From: Halodesulfurarchaeum sp.
GTDB taxonomy: Archaea > Halobacteriota > Halobacteria > Halobacteriales > Halobacteriaceae
DNA: 64,000 nucleotides
Assembly: GCA_034520565.1 (NCBI GenBank)
Contig: JAXHNL010000002.1
Coordinates: 1,536,001 to 1,600,000, forward strand
Reading direction: 5' to 3'
Part shown: in pieces, positions 10,641 through 20,359 of the stretch
How positions within the stretch are numbered: position 1 is the stretch's first letter
Layout: every line of letters begins with the position of its first letter
The notes under the pieces: generated by a model
Seen by the model: the letters and a program-made list of their open reading frames with translations, nothing else
Databases searched by the model: none
Told to the model about the DNA's origin: nothing
Translations under genes and position numbers: made by a program

Positions 10641-10763
10641 ACCGGGGCGTGGGCAGGGGGCAACTTGAGCCGTTCGACACGGGCCACCGCCGCGGATTGT
10701 TGGTTGGAGACCGTCTGCAGCCGGGTTGGGAATGCTTAATGGGTCGGCCGGAAAAGTCCCGCT

Positions 10764-12065
10764 ATGGGACTGCGAACCGTCTTGTCGGGGTCGGCGGTGA
10801 CGAGACTCACCGAACCGGTCGACCCCAGATTCGAACTGGCCGCACTCGCCGGGAAAGACGAGTCACGTCCACTCGTCTTTGAGTCAGTGGCTGGCTATCC
10901 GGACGTCAGTGCCGTGACGAACGTGGTCTCCTCACGGGACCGGATTGCCGAGTCGCTGGAAATCGACCCGGGTACCATCATCGGGGCGTTGACTCAGGCC
11001 ACGACGGATCCTCGCCCGCTTGCAGCACCCACGGCCCCCCGGTTCGAACACGTCGCCGATTCGCCGAACGTGGCGGAGTACGTTCCGATCCCGACCTATT
11101 ACGCCGAGCACGAGCGTCAGTACGTCGCTTCCGGTATCGTCATTGCCAGGGATCCGGACACGGACGTTCACAATCTCTCCTTCCATCGGCTGATGTACGA
11201 TGGCGGTTCCGAGTTCGTCATGCGGCTGGTCGAACGCCACCTCCACGACATCCGGGAGCGGACCGACGGCCCCCTCGATGTTGCCATCGTCGTCGGGGTT
11301 CATCCGGCCGTCGAGCTCGCTGCTGCGACGTCGGGCAGCCCCGACATGAGCGAGCTGGAGGTCGCCAATGCGCTTCTCGACGGCGACCTGAAAACGACGA
11401 CGGTGAATGGCATTACCGTCCCCGCCGAGGCCGAGTGGGTGATGACCGGACGGATTCTCGACGAAACCCGGGCCGAAGGGCCGTTCGTGGACCTTTCCGA
11501 GACCTGGGACACCATCCGCCAGCAACCGGTCGTGGAAATCTCGGCGCTGCACCTGCGACCGGATCCCATCATCAGGGTCGTCGTTCCGGGCAGGCGGGAG
11601 CACGCACACCTGATGGGTCTCCCGCAGGAACCGCGCATCCATCGAATCGTCCAGAACACCGTTCCGACCGTGCAGGAGGTCGTGCTCACGCCGGGTGGCT
11701 GTTCCTGGCTCCATGGGGTCGTCTCGATCGAGAAGCGGACCGAGGGCGACGCGAAGAACGCCGGCATGGCCGCACTTGCCGCTCACCCGTCGATGAAACG
11801 CGCTGTGGTCGTCGACCACGACATCAATCCCGCCGATCCGGATGCCGTCGAATGGGCGATTGCGACACGAGTACAACCGGACCGGGACATCACGACCATC
11901 GAAAACACGAAGGGATCCTCGCTCGATCCGTCACAGGACTTCGAGACGGGTACGCTCACCAAGTGGATCGTCGATGCCACGATTCCCGAGAACCGGGATC
12001 GGGCCGATTTCGCTGAAGCGACCGTCCCGGGGGTTGAAGACGTCTCGCTCGAAGCGTACCGATGA
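10764..12065 (+). CDS. UbiD-family prFMN decarboxylase, probable trans-anhydromevalonate 5-phosphate decarboxylase
   Basis: NLSFHR, EGPFVD, EHAHLMGLPQEPRI, VVVDHDI...VEWAIATR, GSSLDPS; clustered with aconitase X and UbiX. Confidence 0.85.
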   Translation: MGLRTVLSGSAVTRLTEPVDPRFELAALAGKDESRPLVFESVAGYPDVSAVTNVVSSRDRIAESLEIDPGTIIGALTQATTDPRPLAAPTAPRFEHVADSPNVAEYVPIPTYYAEHERQYVASGIVIARDPDTDVHNLSFHRLMYDGGSEFVMRLVERHLHDIRERTDGPLDVAIVVGVHPAVELAAATSGSPDMSELEVANALLDGDLKTTTVNGITVPAEAEWVMTGRILDETRAEGPFVDLSETWDTIRQQPVVEISALHLRPDPIIRVVVPGRREHAHLMGLPQEPRIHRIVQNTVPTVQEVVLTPGGCSWLHGVVSIEKRTEGDAKNAGMAALAAHPSMKRAVVVDHDINPADPDAVEWAIATRVQPDRDITTIENTKGSSLDPSQDFETGTLTKWIVDATIPENRDRADFAEATVPGVEDVSLEAYR

Positions 12066-12090
12066 TACCATATTACACTCCCCACTAACG

Positions 12091-13278
12091 ATGTCAATGG
12101 ATCTCACGACCGAGGAGGAAGCACTGCTCGAATCCGACGTTCCGGCGGTTCGAAAGTCGATGGAACTGCTCGTGCGGCTCGGTGATATCTACGGGGCCGA
12201 GGAGTTCGTCGAGATCGGTTCGGCCCAGGCCTCCGGGATCTCCTACAAGTCGATCGGCGACCCCGGCGTCGAATTTCTCGAAGGATTCGCCGAAGAAGGT
12301 GCAACGGTGCAGGTCCAGACCTTCGCAAACCCGGCCGGAATGGACATCGAGCGCTGGGAGGAGATGGGCGTCAGCGAGGAGTTTGCCACCCAACAGCGAC
12401 GGATCGTTGCCGCGCTGCGGGAGATGGGCGTGACCGTCTCGTTTACCTGCACCCCCTATCTCGCGGGGAACCTTCCCGGACCGAACGAACACATCGCGTG
12501 GGCCGAATCCTCCGCGGTTTCGTTTGCAAACAGCGTCATCGGCGCCAAAACGAACCGGGAAGGAGGTCCGTCAGCGCTCGCGGCGGCGATCACCGGGCGG
12601 ACGCCGAAACACGGGCTCCACCTCGATGAAAATCGGGAGCCGACCTACCTGATCGAGGTCGATGTTCCACTGGAGACGCAGGCGGACTTCGCCGCGCTTG
12701 GCTCCTGGACCGGACGAATCGTCGAAGACGGCAAGCCGTTCTTCGCCGGCGTAAACGGGGCGACGACGGACCAGTTGAAGTCCCTCGGCGCTGCAATGGC
12801 CGCGACTGGCGCGGTCGCCCTGCACTTCGTGGGCGGCGTGACGACTGAAAAAGCCCCGCCCGAGGACGTCGAAACCCTCCAGTTCGGGGCGGCGGAGCTC
12901 GAAGGGGAGTACGGTGACCTCTCGGCTACCGAGGACACCGACCTCATCGTGTTTGGCTGTCCCCACGCCTCGGTCGACGAGATCGGGACGGTCGCGGATC
13001 GACTCGACGGCGAATCCCTCGACCGGGACCTCTGGGTCTGCACCAGCCGCTCGGTGAAATCCCAGGCCGATCGGATGGGCTACACCGAATCGATCGAAGA
13101 CGCGGGCGGAATGGTCCTCAGTGACACCTGTAACGTCGTCGCACCGATCGAGGAGTTAGGGTACGAGTCCTCTGCGACAGATTCGGCGAAAGCCGCGAGT
13201 TATCTCCCCGGATTCGGGAACCAGACGGTGCGCTTTGACGACAAGCTCTCGCTGCTCGAGGAGGCGATCGAGGAATGA
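12091..13278 (+). CDS. Aconitase X large (catalytic) subunit, probable phosphomevalonate dehydratase large subunit
   Basis: SGISYKSIGDPG, TCTPY, WAESSAV, NREGGPSALAAA, GCPH, DTCNVVAP, TDSAKAASY; Fe-S-ligating Cys residues present. Confidence 0.88.
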   Translation: MSMDLTTEEEALLESDVPAVRKSMELLVRLGDIYGAEEFVEIGSAQASGISYKSIGDPGVEFLEGFAEEGATVQVQTFANPAGMDIERWEEMGVSEEFATQQRRIVAALREMGVTVSFTCTPYLAGNLPGPNEHIAWAESSAVSFANSVIGAKTNREGGPSALAAAITGRTPKHGLHLDENREPTYLIEVDVPLETQADFAALGSWTGRIVEDGKPFFAGVNGATTDQLKSLGAAMAATGAVALHFVGGVTTEKAPPEDVETLQFGAAELEGEYGDLSATEDTDLIVFGCPHASVDEIGTVADRLDGESLDRDLWVCTSRSVKSQADRMGYTESIEDAGGMVLSDTCNVVAPIEELGYESSATDSAKAASYLPGFGNQTVRFDDKLSLLEEAIEE

Positions 13279-13704
13279 GTTCGGATACCGACGCCGGGAC
13301 GACCGCCGAGGGACGAACCATTGCAGAGGGCGTCGGCGAGGGGGAGGTACTCGTCTCTCCAGAGCCGATCAGTTTCTACGGGGCAGTGGACACGAAGACC
13401 GGCGAGTTCATCGAGGAAGACCACCATCTGACCGGGAAGAACATCGCCGGCAAGGTGCTCGTCTTCCCGAAGGGGAAGGGCTCGACTGTCGGCTCGTACG
13501 TCATTTACGGGCTCGGCACAGGAGGGCACTGCCCCGGCAGCGATAGTCAATCACGAAACCGAGACGATCGTGGCCACGGGGGCGATCCTCGGCGAGGTAC
13601 CGTGTCTCGACGGTATCGAGGATGCGGTCTCTCGGTTCTCGGACGGGGATCGCGTCCGGGTGGACGCGAGCGAAGGGACGATAACCAGACTCGACAATGA
13701 GTGA
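13275..13704 (+). CDS. Aconitase X small (swivel, DUF126) subunit; apparent 1-nt frameshift near 13515
   Basis: ISFYGAVD...GKVLVFPKGKGSTVGSYVIY; the shifted frame continues APAAIVNHETETIVATGAILGEVP...DGDRVRVDASEGTI to a stop at 13702-13704. Confidence 0.88.
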
Positions 13705-14296
13705 GTCACCCCCCGAACGCGAACGTCTCGTTGTCGGCCTCTCGGGAGCCTCGGGGATCCCGCTCGGTGTCGAAACGATTCGGGCCCTGAGCGACCACTT
13801 CGCCGTGCACACGGTCGTCACGGACGGCGCACGAGCGGTTATGGAACACGAGACCGATTCGGAAGCGGCGACGATGGAAACCATCGAGGCGGCCTCGGAA
13901 CGCGTCTACGACGGCTCGGAACTGGCAGCGCCGATATCATCGGGGACAGTAGACACAGCGGGGATGGTGGTCGTCCCGGCATCCATGAAATCCGTCGCGG
14001 CGATCGCCAACGGCTACGCCGAAAACCTGCTCGTGCGGGCGGCTGACGTCACGCTCAAGGAGGATCGGCAACTGGTGGTGGTTCCCCGCGAATCCCCGCT
14101 CAACGAGGCCCATCTCGAAAACCTGCTCGCGCTCCGGAAGCGGGGAGTGGCCGTCGTTCCGCCGGTACTCGGCTTTTACTACGACCCGGCGGGAATCGAC
14201 GACGTCATCGACCGGATCGTTGGGACGGTCCTGGATCGTTTCGACGTGAATCACGATCGGTACGTGGCGTGGAATCCGGACGAGACGTCCGAGTAA
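13697..14296 (+). CDS. ubiX: Flavin prenyltransferase UbiX
   Basis: VVGLSGASG, AAPISSG, PASMKSVAAIANG, RAADVTLKE, VPRESP, PPVLGFY. Confidence 0.93.
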   Translation: MSESPPERERLVVGLSGASGIPLGVETIRALSDHFAVHTVVTDGARAVMEHETDSEAATMETIEAASERVYDGSELAAPISSGTVDTAGMVVVPASMKSVAAIANGYAENLLVRAADVTLKEDRQLVVVPRESPLNEAHLENLLALRKRGVAVVPPVLGFYYDPAGIDDVIDRIVGTVLDRFDVNHDRYVAWNPDETSE

Positions 14297-14375
14297 TCGT
14301 TCTCCGGTCCCTTCGAAACGAGCAGCGGTTCAGGCATGCGTGATGTTTATGCGCCGTCCGCACCCCTCACCGAGC

Positions 14376-15356
14376 ATGAAGGCCACCGCCCGGGCACATC
14401 CCATTCAGGGGCTCGTCAAGTATCACGGGCTCCGGGATATGGCGCTTCGGTACCCGTATCACGACAGCATCAGCGTGGCAACTGCACCAGCCGAGACCGT
14501 TACCACCGTTTCGTTCGACACCGATCTCGACGCCTCGCGGTACGTCGTCGACGGCGAGGAACTCACGGGAGACGGCGCGTCCCGGGTAACGCGAGTCATC
14601 GACCGTGTTCGGGAGATTGCCGAGGACCCGGCTCTGGACGGACCGGTAAAACTGGTCAGTCAAAACACGATGCCGACGAACGTGGGTTTGGGCTCCTCGT
14701 CCTCGGGCTTTGCTGCGGCCGCGATGGCCGCCGTCGAAGCCGCCGGACTCGATCTCTCGCTGCCCGAAATCTCGACGATCGCCCGGTTGGGATCGGCTTC
14801 GGCTGCCCGTTCGGTGACCGGTGGCTTTTCGGACCTCCGGGCCGGAACGACGGACGAAGATTGCCGTTCGGAGCGCATTCGGTCGCCACTCGAGGACGAT
14901 CTCGAAATCGTGGTCGGAATCGTTTCGGCCTACAAGGAGACGGGATGGGCCCACGAGGAGGCGACCGAAAGCCACCTCTGGCAGTCCCGACTGGCTCACG
15001 TCCACGACCAGTTGGCCGCGATGCGGCAGGCACTCCGGGAGGGCGATTTCGGGACGGCTTTCGAGGTCGCAGAACACGACACGTTGAGTCTCGCCGCGAC
15101 GACGATGACCGGGCCCGAGGCGTGGATCTACTGGAAGCCGCGAACGCTGGAGATCTTCGAGCGCGTTCGAACCCTTCGCGAGGACGGGATTCTGGCGTAC
15201 TTCTCGACTGATACGGGGGCGACCGTGTACGTGAACACGACGAGCGAGTACGTCGATCGGGTCGAACAAGCGGTCGCGGAGGTTGGCGTCGAAACCCGCA
15301 CCTGGGCGGTTGGTGGCCCGGCGACGGTGCTTCCCAACTCGGAAGCACTCTTCTGA
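14376..15356 (+). CDS. mvaD: Haloarchaeal phosphomevalonate decarboxylase (GHMP family)
   Basis: MKATARAHPIQGLVKYHG..D...PYHDSIS, PTNVGLGSSSSGFAA, YFSTDTGATVYVN, matching the Haloferax-type enzyme. Confidence 0.93.
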   Translation: MKATARAHPIQGLVKYHGLRDMALRYPYHDSISVATAPAETVTTVSFDTDLDASRYVVDGEELTGDGASRVTRVIDRVREIAEDPALDGPVKLVSQNTMPTNVGLGSSSSGFAAAAMAAVEAAGLDLSLPEISTIARLGSASAARSVTGGFSDLRAGTTDEDCRSERIRSPLEDDLEIVVGIVSAYKETGWAHEEATESHLWQSRLAHVHDQLAAMRQALREGDFGTAFEVAEHDTLSLAATTMTGPEAWIYWKPRTLEIFERVRTLREDGILAYFSTDTGATVYVNTTSEYVDRVEQAVAEVGVETRTWAVGGPATVLPNSEALF

Positions 15357-15443
15357 AAATCCGACAGTCCCTTTGCGAAGGCACGTTCGCGAACCCGCAC
15401 CGGCCCGAACGACCTTTTGCTATAGAGGTCATACGGACGCCTA

Positions 15444-16497
15444 ATGTCGTCACCGACTGCGCCCACTGAGGACATCGAGGGCGTGATGGCGACCCTCGCC
15501 AGAGATCGGGACGGTGATATCGTCGAGTGTACCGCCTGTGCCCACCGGTGCAAACTCGACCCCGGTCAACGCGGCATCTGCCGGGTTCGGCAGAACGTCG
15601 ACGGGGCATTTTGGTTGCTCACCTACGGGAAGGTGTACGATACGCCGTTCGGCCCCGCTGGAACGATCGATCCCGTGGAGAAAAAGCCGCTCTATCACTT
15701 CAAACCGGGATCTGACGTCTTGAGCTTCGGTGGAGCGTCCTGCAATTTCGCCTGTCAGTTCTGTCAGAACAATCATCTCGCGTTCAGTCCCCCGGAGGAG
15801 CTGGAACTGCGGGACGTCTCGCCCGAAGAGGCCGTCGAAAGTGCGATCGAACAGGGGGCAGACGGCCTTGCGTGGACGTACAACGAACCGACCATCTACG
15901 CGGAGTACGTTCGGGATGGCGCGAAAGCCGCTAAAGCGGCCGGGCGCTACACCGCACTTGTTTCGAATGGCTACTTCACCGAGGAGTTTCTCGAGGAAGT
16001 CGGCCCCCACATCGACGCGATCAACATCGACGTCAAGGGATTCCGGGAGGGCCCGCATCAGAAGTACATGGGAAGCCAGTTGCAACCGACCCTGGATTCG
16101 GTCGAACGGGTCGCCGAGCGGGATATCCATCTCGAAGTGACCTATCTCGTCATTCCGGACCTCAACGACGATCCCGAAGAGCTGCAGGAATTCGCCGACT
16201 GGGTACGGGGAATCGATCCCTCGATTCCGGTCCACTTCTCCCGATTCCATCCCGATCACGAGATGCGGGATCGACCACCGACGCCGATGTCGACCCTCGA
16301 ACGAGCCCACGAGATCGCGGTCGATGCCGGTCTGGAGTACGTGTACGTCGGGAACATCAGAGACCAACGATTCAACTCGACGCTCTGTCCCGACTGTGAC
16401 CAGACCTGGGTCAGGCGGGCTGGCTTCGATTCAGACGGCTGTCGTGAATCTCGACGAATCGTGTCCCTGTGGCCGGGAGATCGACGTCGTCACGTGA
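15444..16497 (+). CDS. amrS: AmmeMemoRadiSam system radical SAM enzyme; apparent frameshift near 16434
   Basis: CTACAHRC...GICRVR, DPVEKKPLYHF, CNFACQFCQN, YNEPTI, HFSRFHP, YVYVGN; corrected tail ends ESCPCGREIDVVT. Confidence 0.9.
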
Positions 16498-16549
16498 TCG
16501 GCGTCTTCCCGTTCGGGTAGCCTAACAACCCGGGTGTCGTAGTGAACCC

Positions 16550-17248
16550 ATGAGCGATTCGGATCCGGACCGAGCGGCACCACACTCGGCCGCCGAACTG
16601 CGAGCAGCAGTCGTTTCGGGGCTCCCGGACCTGGCGGAGCTGACACCGGGCCGGACTGGAAACCTGAGCGTTCGGTCCGGGGCAACGATCGCGGTCACTC
16701 CATCCGGTGTTCCGTATTCCGAAATCGAGCCGAGTGACGTTCCGCTGCTCACGATCGATGGGGACCGACAAGCTGGCGCGCTCGAGCCGAGTTCCGAGAC
16801 GCCGATGCATCTCGGAATCTATCGATCACTGGCTGTGGGATCGATCGTTCACGTCCATTCCCCCTGGGCGACGACCCTGGCCGTCCTCGGCGAGGAACTT
16901 CCCCCGGTCCACTACCTGCTCGCGGCTGCCGGCGGAACGGTTCCTGTCGCACCCTATGCACCCTTCGGCTCGACGGAACTCGCCGGGAACGCGGTCACAG
17001 CAATGGAAGCTGCTGGCACGACCGCCTGCCTGCTCGCGAATCACGGGTTGATCGCTGGGGGCACTGACATCGATGACGCACTCGAGACGGCGATCGCCGT
17101 CGAATCGACGGCTCAAATGTTTCTGCAAGCCGCGTCTGTCGGCGATCCAGTCGAGTTGACCGACCGGGAGATGGAGGAAGCAATGAAACGATTCGAAACC
17201 TACGGCCAGTCCGAATCGACTCCCCAGCACGGGACCGACGTCGAGTGA
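16550..17248 (+). CDS. Class II aldolase/adducin family (FucA-like)
   Basis: GNLSVR, TPSG, PSSETPMHLGIY, HVHSP, LLANHG. Confidence 0.9.
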   Translation: MSDSDPDRAAPHSAAELRAAVVSGLPDLAELTPGRTGNLSVRSGATIAVTPSGVPYSEIEPSDVPLLTIDGDRQAGALEPSSETPMHLGIYRSLAVGSIVHVHSPWATTLAVLGEELPPVHYLLAAAGGTVPVAPYAPFGSTELAGNAVTAMEAAGTTACLLANHGLIAGGTDIDDALETAIAVESTAQMFLQAASVGDPVELTDREMEEAMKRFETYGQSESTPQHGTDVE

Positions 17249-17318
17249 GCGGAGCCATTTCGCGTCGATCTCCGGTCGAACGTGTACATTGATACATGGA
17301 GGCAGGAAATTTGGGAGT

Positions 17319-18373
17319 ATGCGAACGATCTCCTGGGACGCCGACTGTGCCTGCATCGAGATGGTCGATCAGACGGCGCTTCCGGTGGACTTCAAACGGA
17401 TTCACGTCGAAACGATTCCGGATCTCGTCGAAAGCATCGACGTGTTGCGCGTCCGAGGAGCGCCTGCCCTGGGCGCTGCCGGCGCCTATGGAGTCGCGCT
17501 GTCGGCCCATCGCCGATCGGAGTCGGATCGAGCATCGCTACTTGCGGCCATCGAATCGGACGCCGAGGTGATCGCGACGGCGAGGCCGACGGCTGTCAAC
17601 CTCGAAAAGGGCGTCGAGGAGGCACTCTCGGCTGCCCGAGCAGGGACGCCCCCCAGCAGATCCGGCGGTTGGCACTTGATGCCGCCGAGGCCCTTGCGGA
17701 CCGGGACGTCGAGCGAAACAAGGCGATTGGCGAGCACGGTGCGGAGCTGCTCGGCGCCGGCGACACGGTCATGACCCACTGTAACGCCGGTGCCCTGGCG
17801 ACGGTCGACTGGGGCACGGCACTGGGGATCGTGTATTCTGCTTGCGAGGCCGGAACGGACATCGACGTCGTGGCCAACGAAACTCGACCGCTCAACCAGG
17901 GGGCGCGAATCACGACGACGGAACTGATGGAGCGGGACGTACCGACGACGTTGATCCCCGACAACGCGAGTGGCCTCCTCATGCAGGAGGGGGAGATCGA
18001 CGCGGTGGTCGTCGGGGCCGATCGGGTGGTTCTCGACGGTGGATCAACCTTCGGGGACCAGGGTGTCGTGTTCAACAAGATCGGGACGTACAAACACGCA
18101 GTACTGGCCGATCGCCACGACGTCCCCTTCATCGTCGCTGCCCCCATCGCCACCGTCGATACCGACCGGGACGCCGATGCGGTCGAAATCGAGGAGCGGG
18201 ATTCGACCGAACTCCGGAAGATCTATGGAACGCAGAACGCCCCCGAGAACGTCCCCGTGCGAAACCCGGCCTTCGACGCGACACCGATGGAACTCGTCGA
18301 TTACTTCGTGACCGAGGCTGGCGTCCATGAGCCACCGCTTGCAAAATCGCAGTTCGAAACCGAGTTGGCCTAA
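17319..18373 (+). CDS. mtnA: S-methyl-5-thioribose-1-phosphate isomerase; apparent frameshift in the C-run near 17650
   Basis: DQTALP, VRGAPALG, ARPTAVNL in the first frame; THCNAGALAT, ETRPLNQGARIT, VGADR, NKIGTY, NPAFDATP in the second. Confidence 0.9.
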
Positions 18374-18438
18374 TTGTTGGAAGACGAATCCGAACCGATC
18401 CCGGCAGGTACAAGGTGAAAACCCGACGAGTATGGGGT

Positions 18439-19413
18439 ATGCTCGGAAAAGTGCCGCCGGAGGCTCTCGCGGCACACGTTTTCGACCGCCACGGGGCAAC
18501 GCTGGACTCGGTTCGACAGGGCCCAGCCTACGGCGAAGACGCGGCGGCGATCCAAGTGGAGGACGGGACGTTGGTCGTCAGTTCCGACCCGCTGTCCCTC
18601 GCTGCGGATCGGGTTGGAACCCTTGCGGTCCACGTGGCCTGTAACGACGTCGCCGCTGCGGGGGGTGACCCGACGTGGTTGACGAACATCGTATTCCTCC
18701 CCGGTGATGCGGATTCGTCGGTGCTCGAGCGAATCACGAAACAGGTGGACGAGGCGGCTGCCGAGATGGGCGTCGCCGTCGTTGGAGGTCATTCGGAATA
18801 CAACCCGAGCCTCGACAGACCGCTTCTGACGATGACCTGTCTGGGAATGGGAGATCCGTTCGTTCCGACCGGGGGCGCAAATCCCGGGGACGCTGTAATC
18901 CTCACGAAAGGGGCTGGTATCGAGGGGACGGCGATCCTTGCGACGGATTTCGAAGCTGAACTCCTCGAGGCGGGCGTGAACCCCGAAATCATTGCCCGAG
19001 CAGCGGACTATTACGACGATATCGGCGTCACACCTGAGGGCAAGATCGTCCGTTCGTGGGCCACGGCCATGCACGACCCGACCGAAGGTGGGCTGATCGA
19101 TGCGCTTCTCGAACTGGCGAGCGCGTCCGACGTGGCCCTCGAGGTCGATCCTGACGCGATTCTCGTCAGGGAGCCGACAGCGACTCTCACCGACGCGATG
19201 GACGTCGATCCCCTCCGTATTTTCGGATCGGGGGCGCTCCTGGCGACGGTGCCGGAGCCCGATCTCGAGACGGTTCGCTCCGCGCTCGCTGAAGCAGATA
19301 TCGAAGCCGCCCACATCGGACGGGTCACAGCGGGTGAGTCGGGAGTGCTCACGCTTGGCAGTAAGCGGTTTACCGAACCGGTCCGCGACGACATGTATCG
19401 GCTCTGGGAGTAG
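18439..19413 (+). CDS. AIR synthase-related (PurM/HypE/ThiL superfamily) protein
   Basis: GEDAA, VACNDVAAAG, VGGHSE, MHDPTEGGL. Confidence 0.85.
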   Translation: MLGKVPPEALAAHVFDRHGATLDSVRQGPAYGEDAAAIQVEDGTLVVSSDPLSLAADRVGTLAVHVACNDVAAAGGDPTWLTNIVFLPGDADSSVLERITKQVDEAAAEMGVAVVGGHSEYNPSLDRPLLTMTCLGMGDPFVPTGGANPGDAVILTKGAGIEGTAILATDFEAELLEAGVNPEIIARAADYYDDIGVTPEGKIVRSWATAMHDPTEGGLIDALLELASASDVALEVDPDAILVREPTATLTDAMDVDPLRIFGSGALLATVPEPDLETVRSALAEADIEAAHIGRVTAGESGVLTLGSKRFTEPVRDDMYRLWE

Positions 19414-19553
19414 CACCGCTGGGGGGGGGGGGTGGCCACAAGCCATCGATCGAGACGGTATCCGAACTGTTCCGGGTTGGGAAGATAGATCCGGTGGATT
19501 TGCCCGAACTGTCCACCGATGTGGCTACTACTGAACAGGAGACGAGAGAGAAG

Positions 19554-19628
19554 TAGCGGGAGGTGGATTTGAACCACCGCTCTCCGGCTCATGAGGCCGG
19601 CGGAATCTCCAGGCTATCCCATCCCGCT
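19554..19628 (-). tRNA. tRNA-Met (CAT), initiator-type scaffold with an atypical anticodon stem
   Basis: Reverse complement AGCGGGA-TG-GGATAGCCTGGAGATTCC-G-CCGGC-CTCATGA-GCCGG-AGAGC-GGTGG-TTCAAAT-CCACC-TCCCGCT-A; full cloverleaf with A1-U72. Confidence 0.93.
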
Positions 19629-19846
19629 ATCACTTCGTATGGTGGGGGGTGGAAAGAGGGTTGTGATTTCATCCCGAGTGTGTCAGACAGACACGAGGTC
19701 GTGATTTCGACACGAATCACCCGACTGAACCCCCTCGTGAGGACTCGATACACTGATTTGTCACGGTGAACCCGGAACTGAACGCGTGGATTGACTTCGA
19801 CCGGTTTTGCACAACGACGATATACCGGGCTCACAAATCCACCGAT

Positions 19847-20359
19847 ATGGAATCGGACCCGGACGTCGACGCCTTCGAGGCGGCCGTCGAGGCTCACGAC
19901 GGGACTGTGTCCCGGTCTCTCGCGGCCGAATTTGGCGCTGCTATCGAGGCAGTGATCGAGACGCCTGCAGTGGGAGTGGCCGTGTCTCTATCGGGAGTCT
20001 CATTGACGGATTCGAACGTCGATCTCACCCCGTCGCCGTCAGCACTCGACGCGGCGAGAACCGGGATCACACCGGCGAAGTTCGGCATCGAAACGCTCGG
20101 GACCGTGTTTCTCGAATCTCGATCAGCCGGTGACGAGCCGGTGAGTCTCTTTCCGGAACGCCACATTGCCGTGCTCGCCGCGAGCGATATCGCTCCCGAT
20201 CTCGAAACGGCCTTTGATCGGCTCGAGGAGGAGTTTGCGAATGGTTCAATGAGTGGCGTTTTGGCCTCCGGACCGAGCGCGACGGCGGACATGGGAGCGA
20301 CCGTCCAGGGCGTCCATGGCCCGAGTGAGGTTCACGTACTCGTGGTGACCGATCGATGA
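19847..20359 (+). CDS. LUD domain protein (LutC/LldG-like lactate utilisation protein)
   Basis: SLFPERHIAVL, SGPSATADM...GVHGP. Confidence 0.87.
   Translation: MESDPDVDAFEAAVEAHDGTVSRSLAAEFGAAIEAVIETPAVGVAVSLSGVSLTDSNVDLTPSPSALDAARTGITPAKFGIETLGTVFLESRSAGDEPVSLFPERHIAVLAASDIAPDLETAFDRLEEEFANGSMSGVLASGPSATADMGATVQGVHGPSEVHVLVVTDR

Noticed and set aside
17640-17660. Programmed frameshift in mtnA at the C-run
   Set aside because: A homopolymer indel consistent with the many other consensus errors; no stimulatory structure is evident.
19421-19520. G12 homopolymer and a 10-nt match (GGTGGATTTG) to the tRNA-Met T-arm downstream of the tRNA
   Set aside because: The run is intergenic between convergent genes and homopolymer length is unreliable in this assembly; the match is too short to call an att site.
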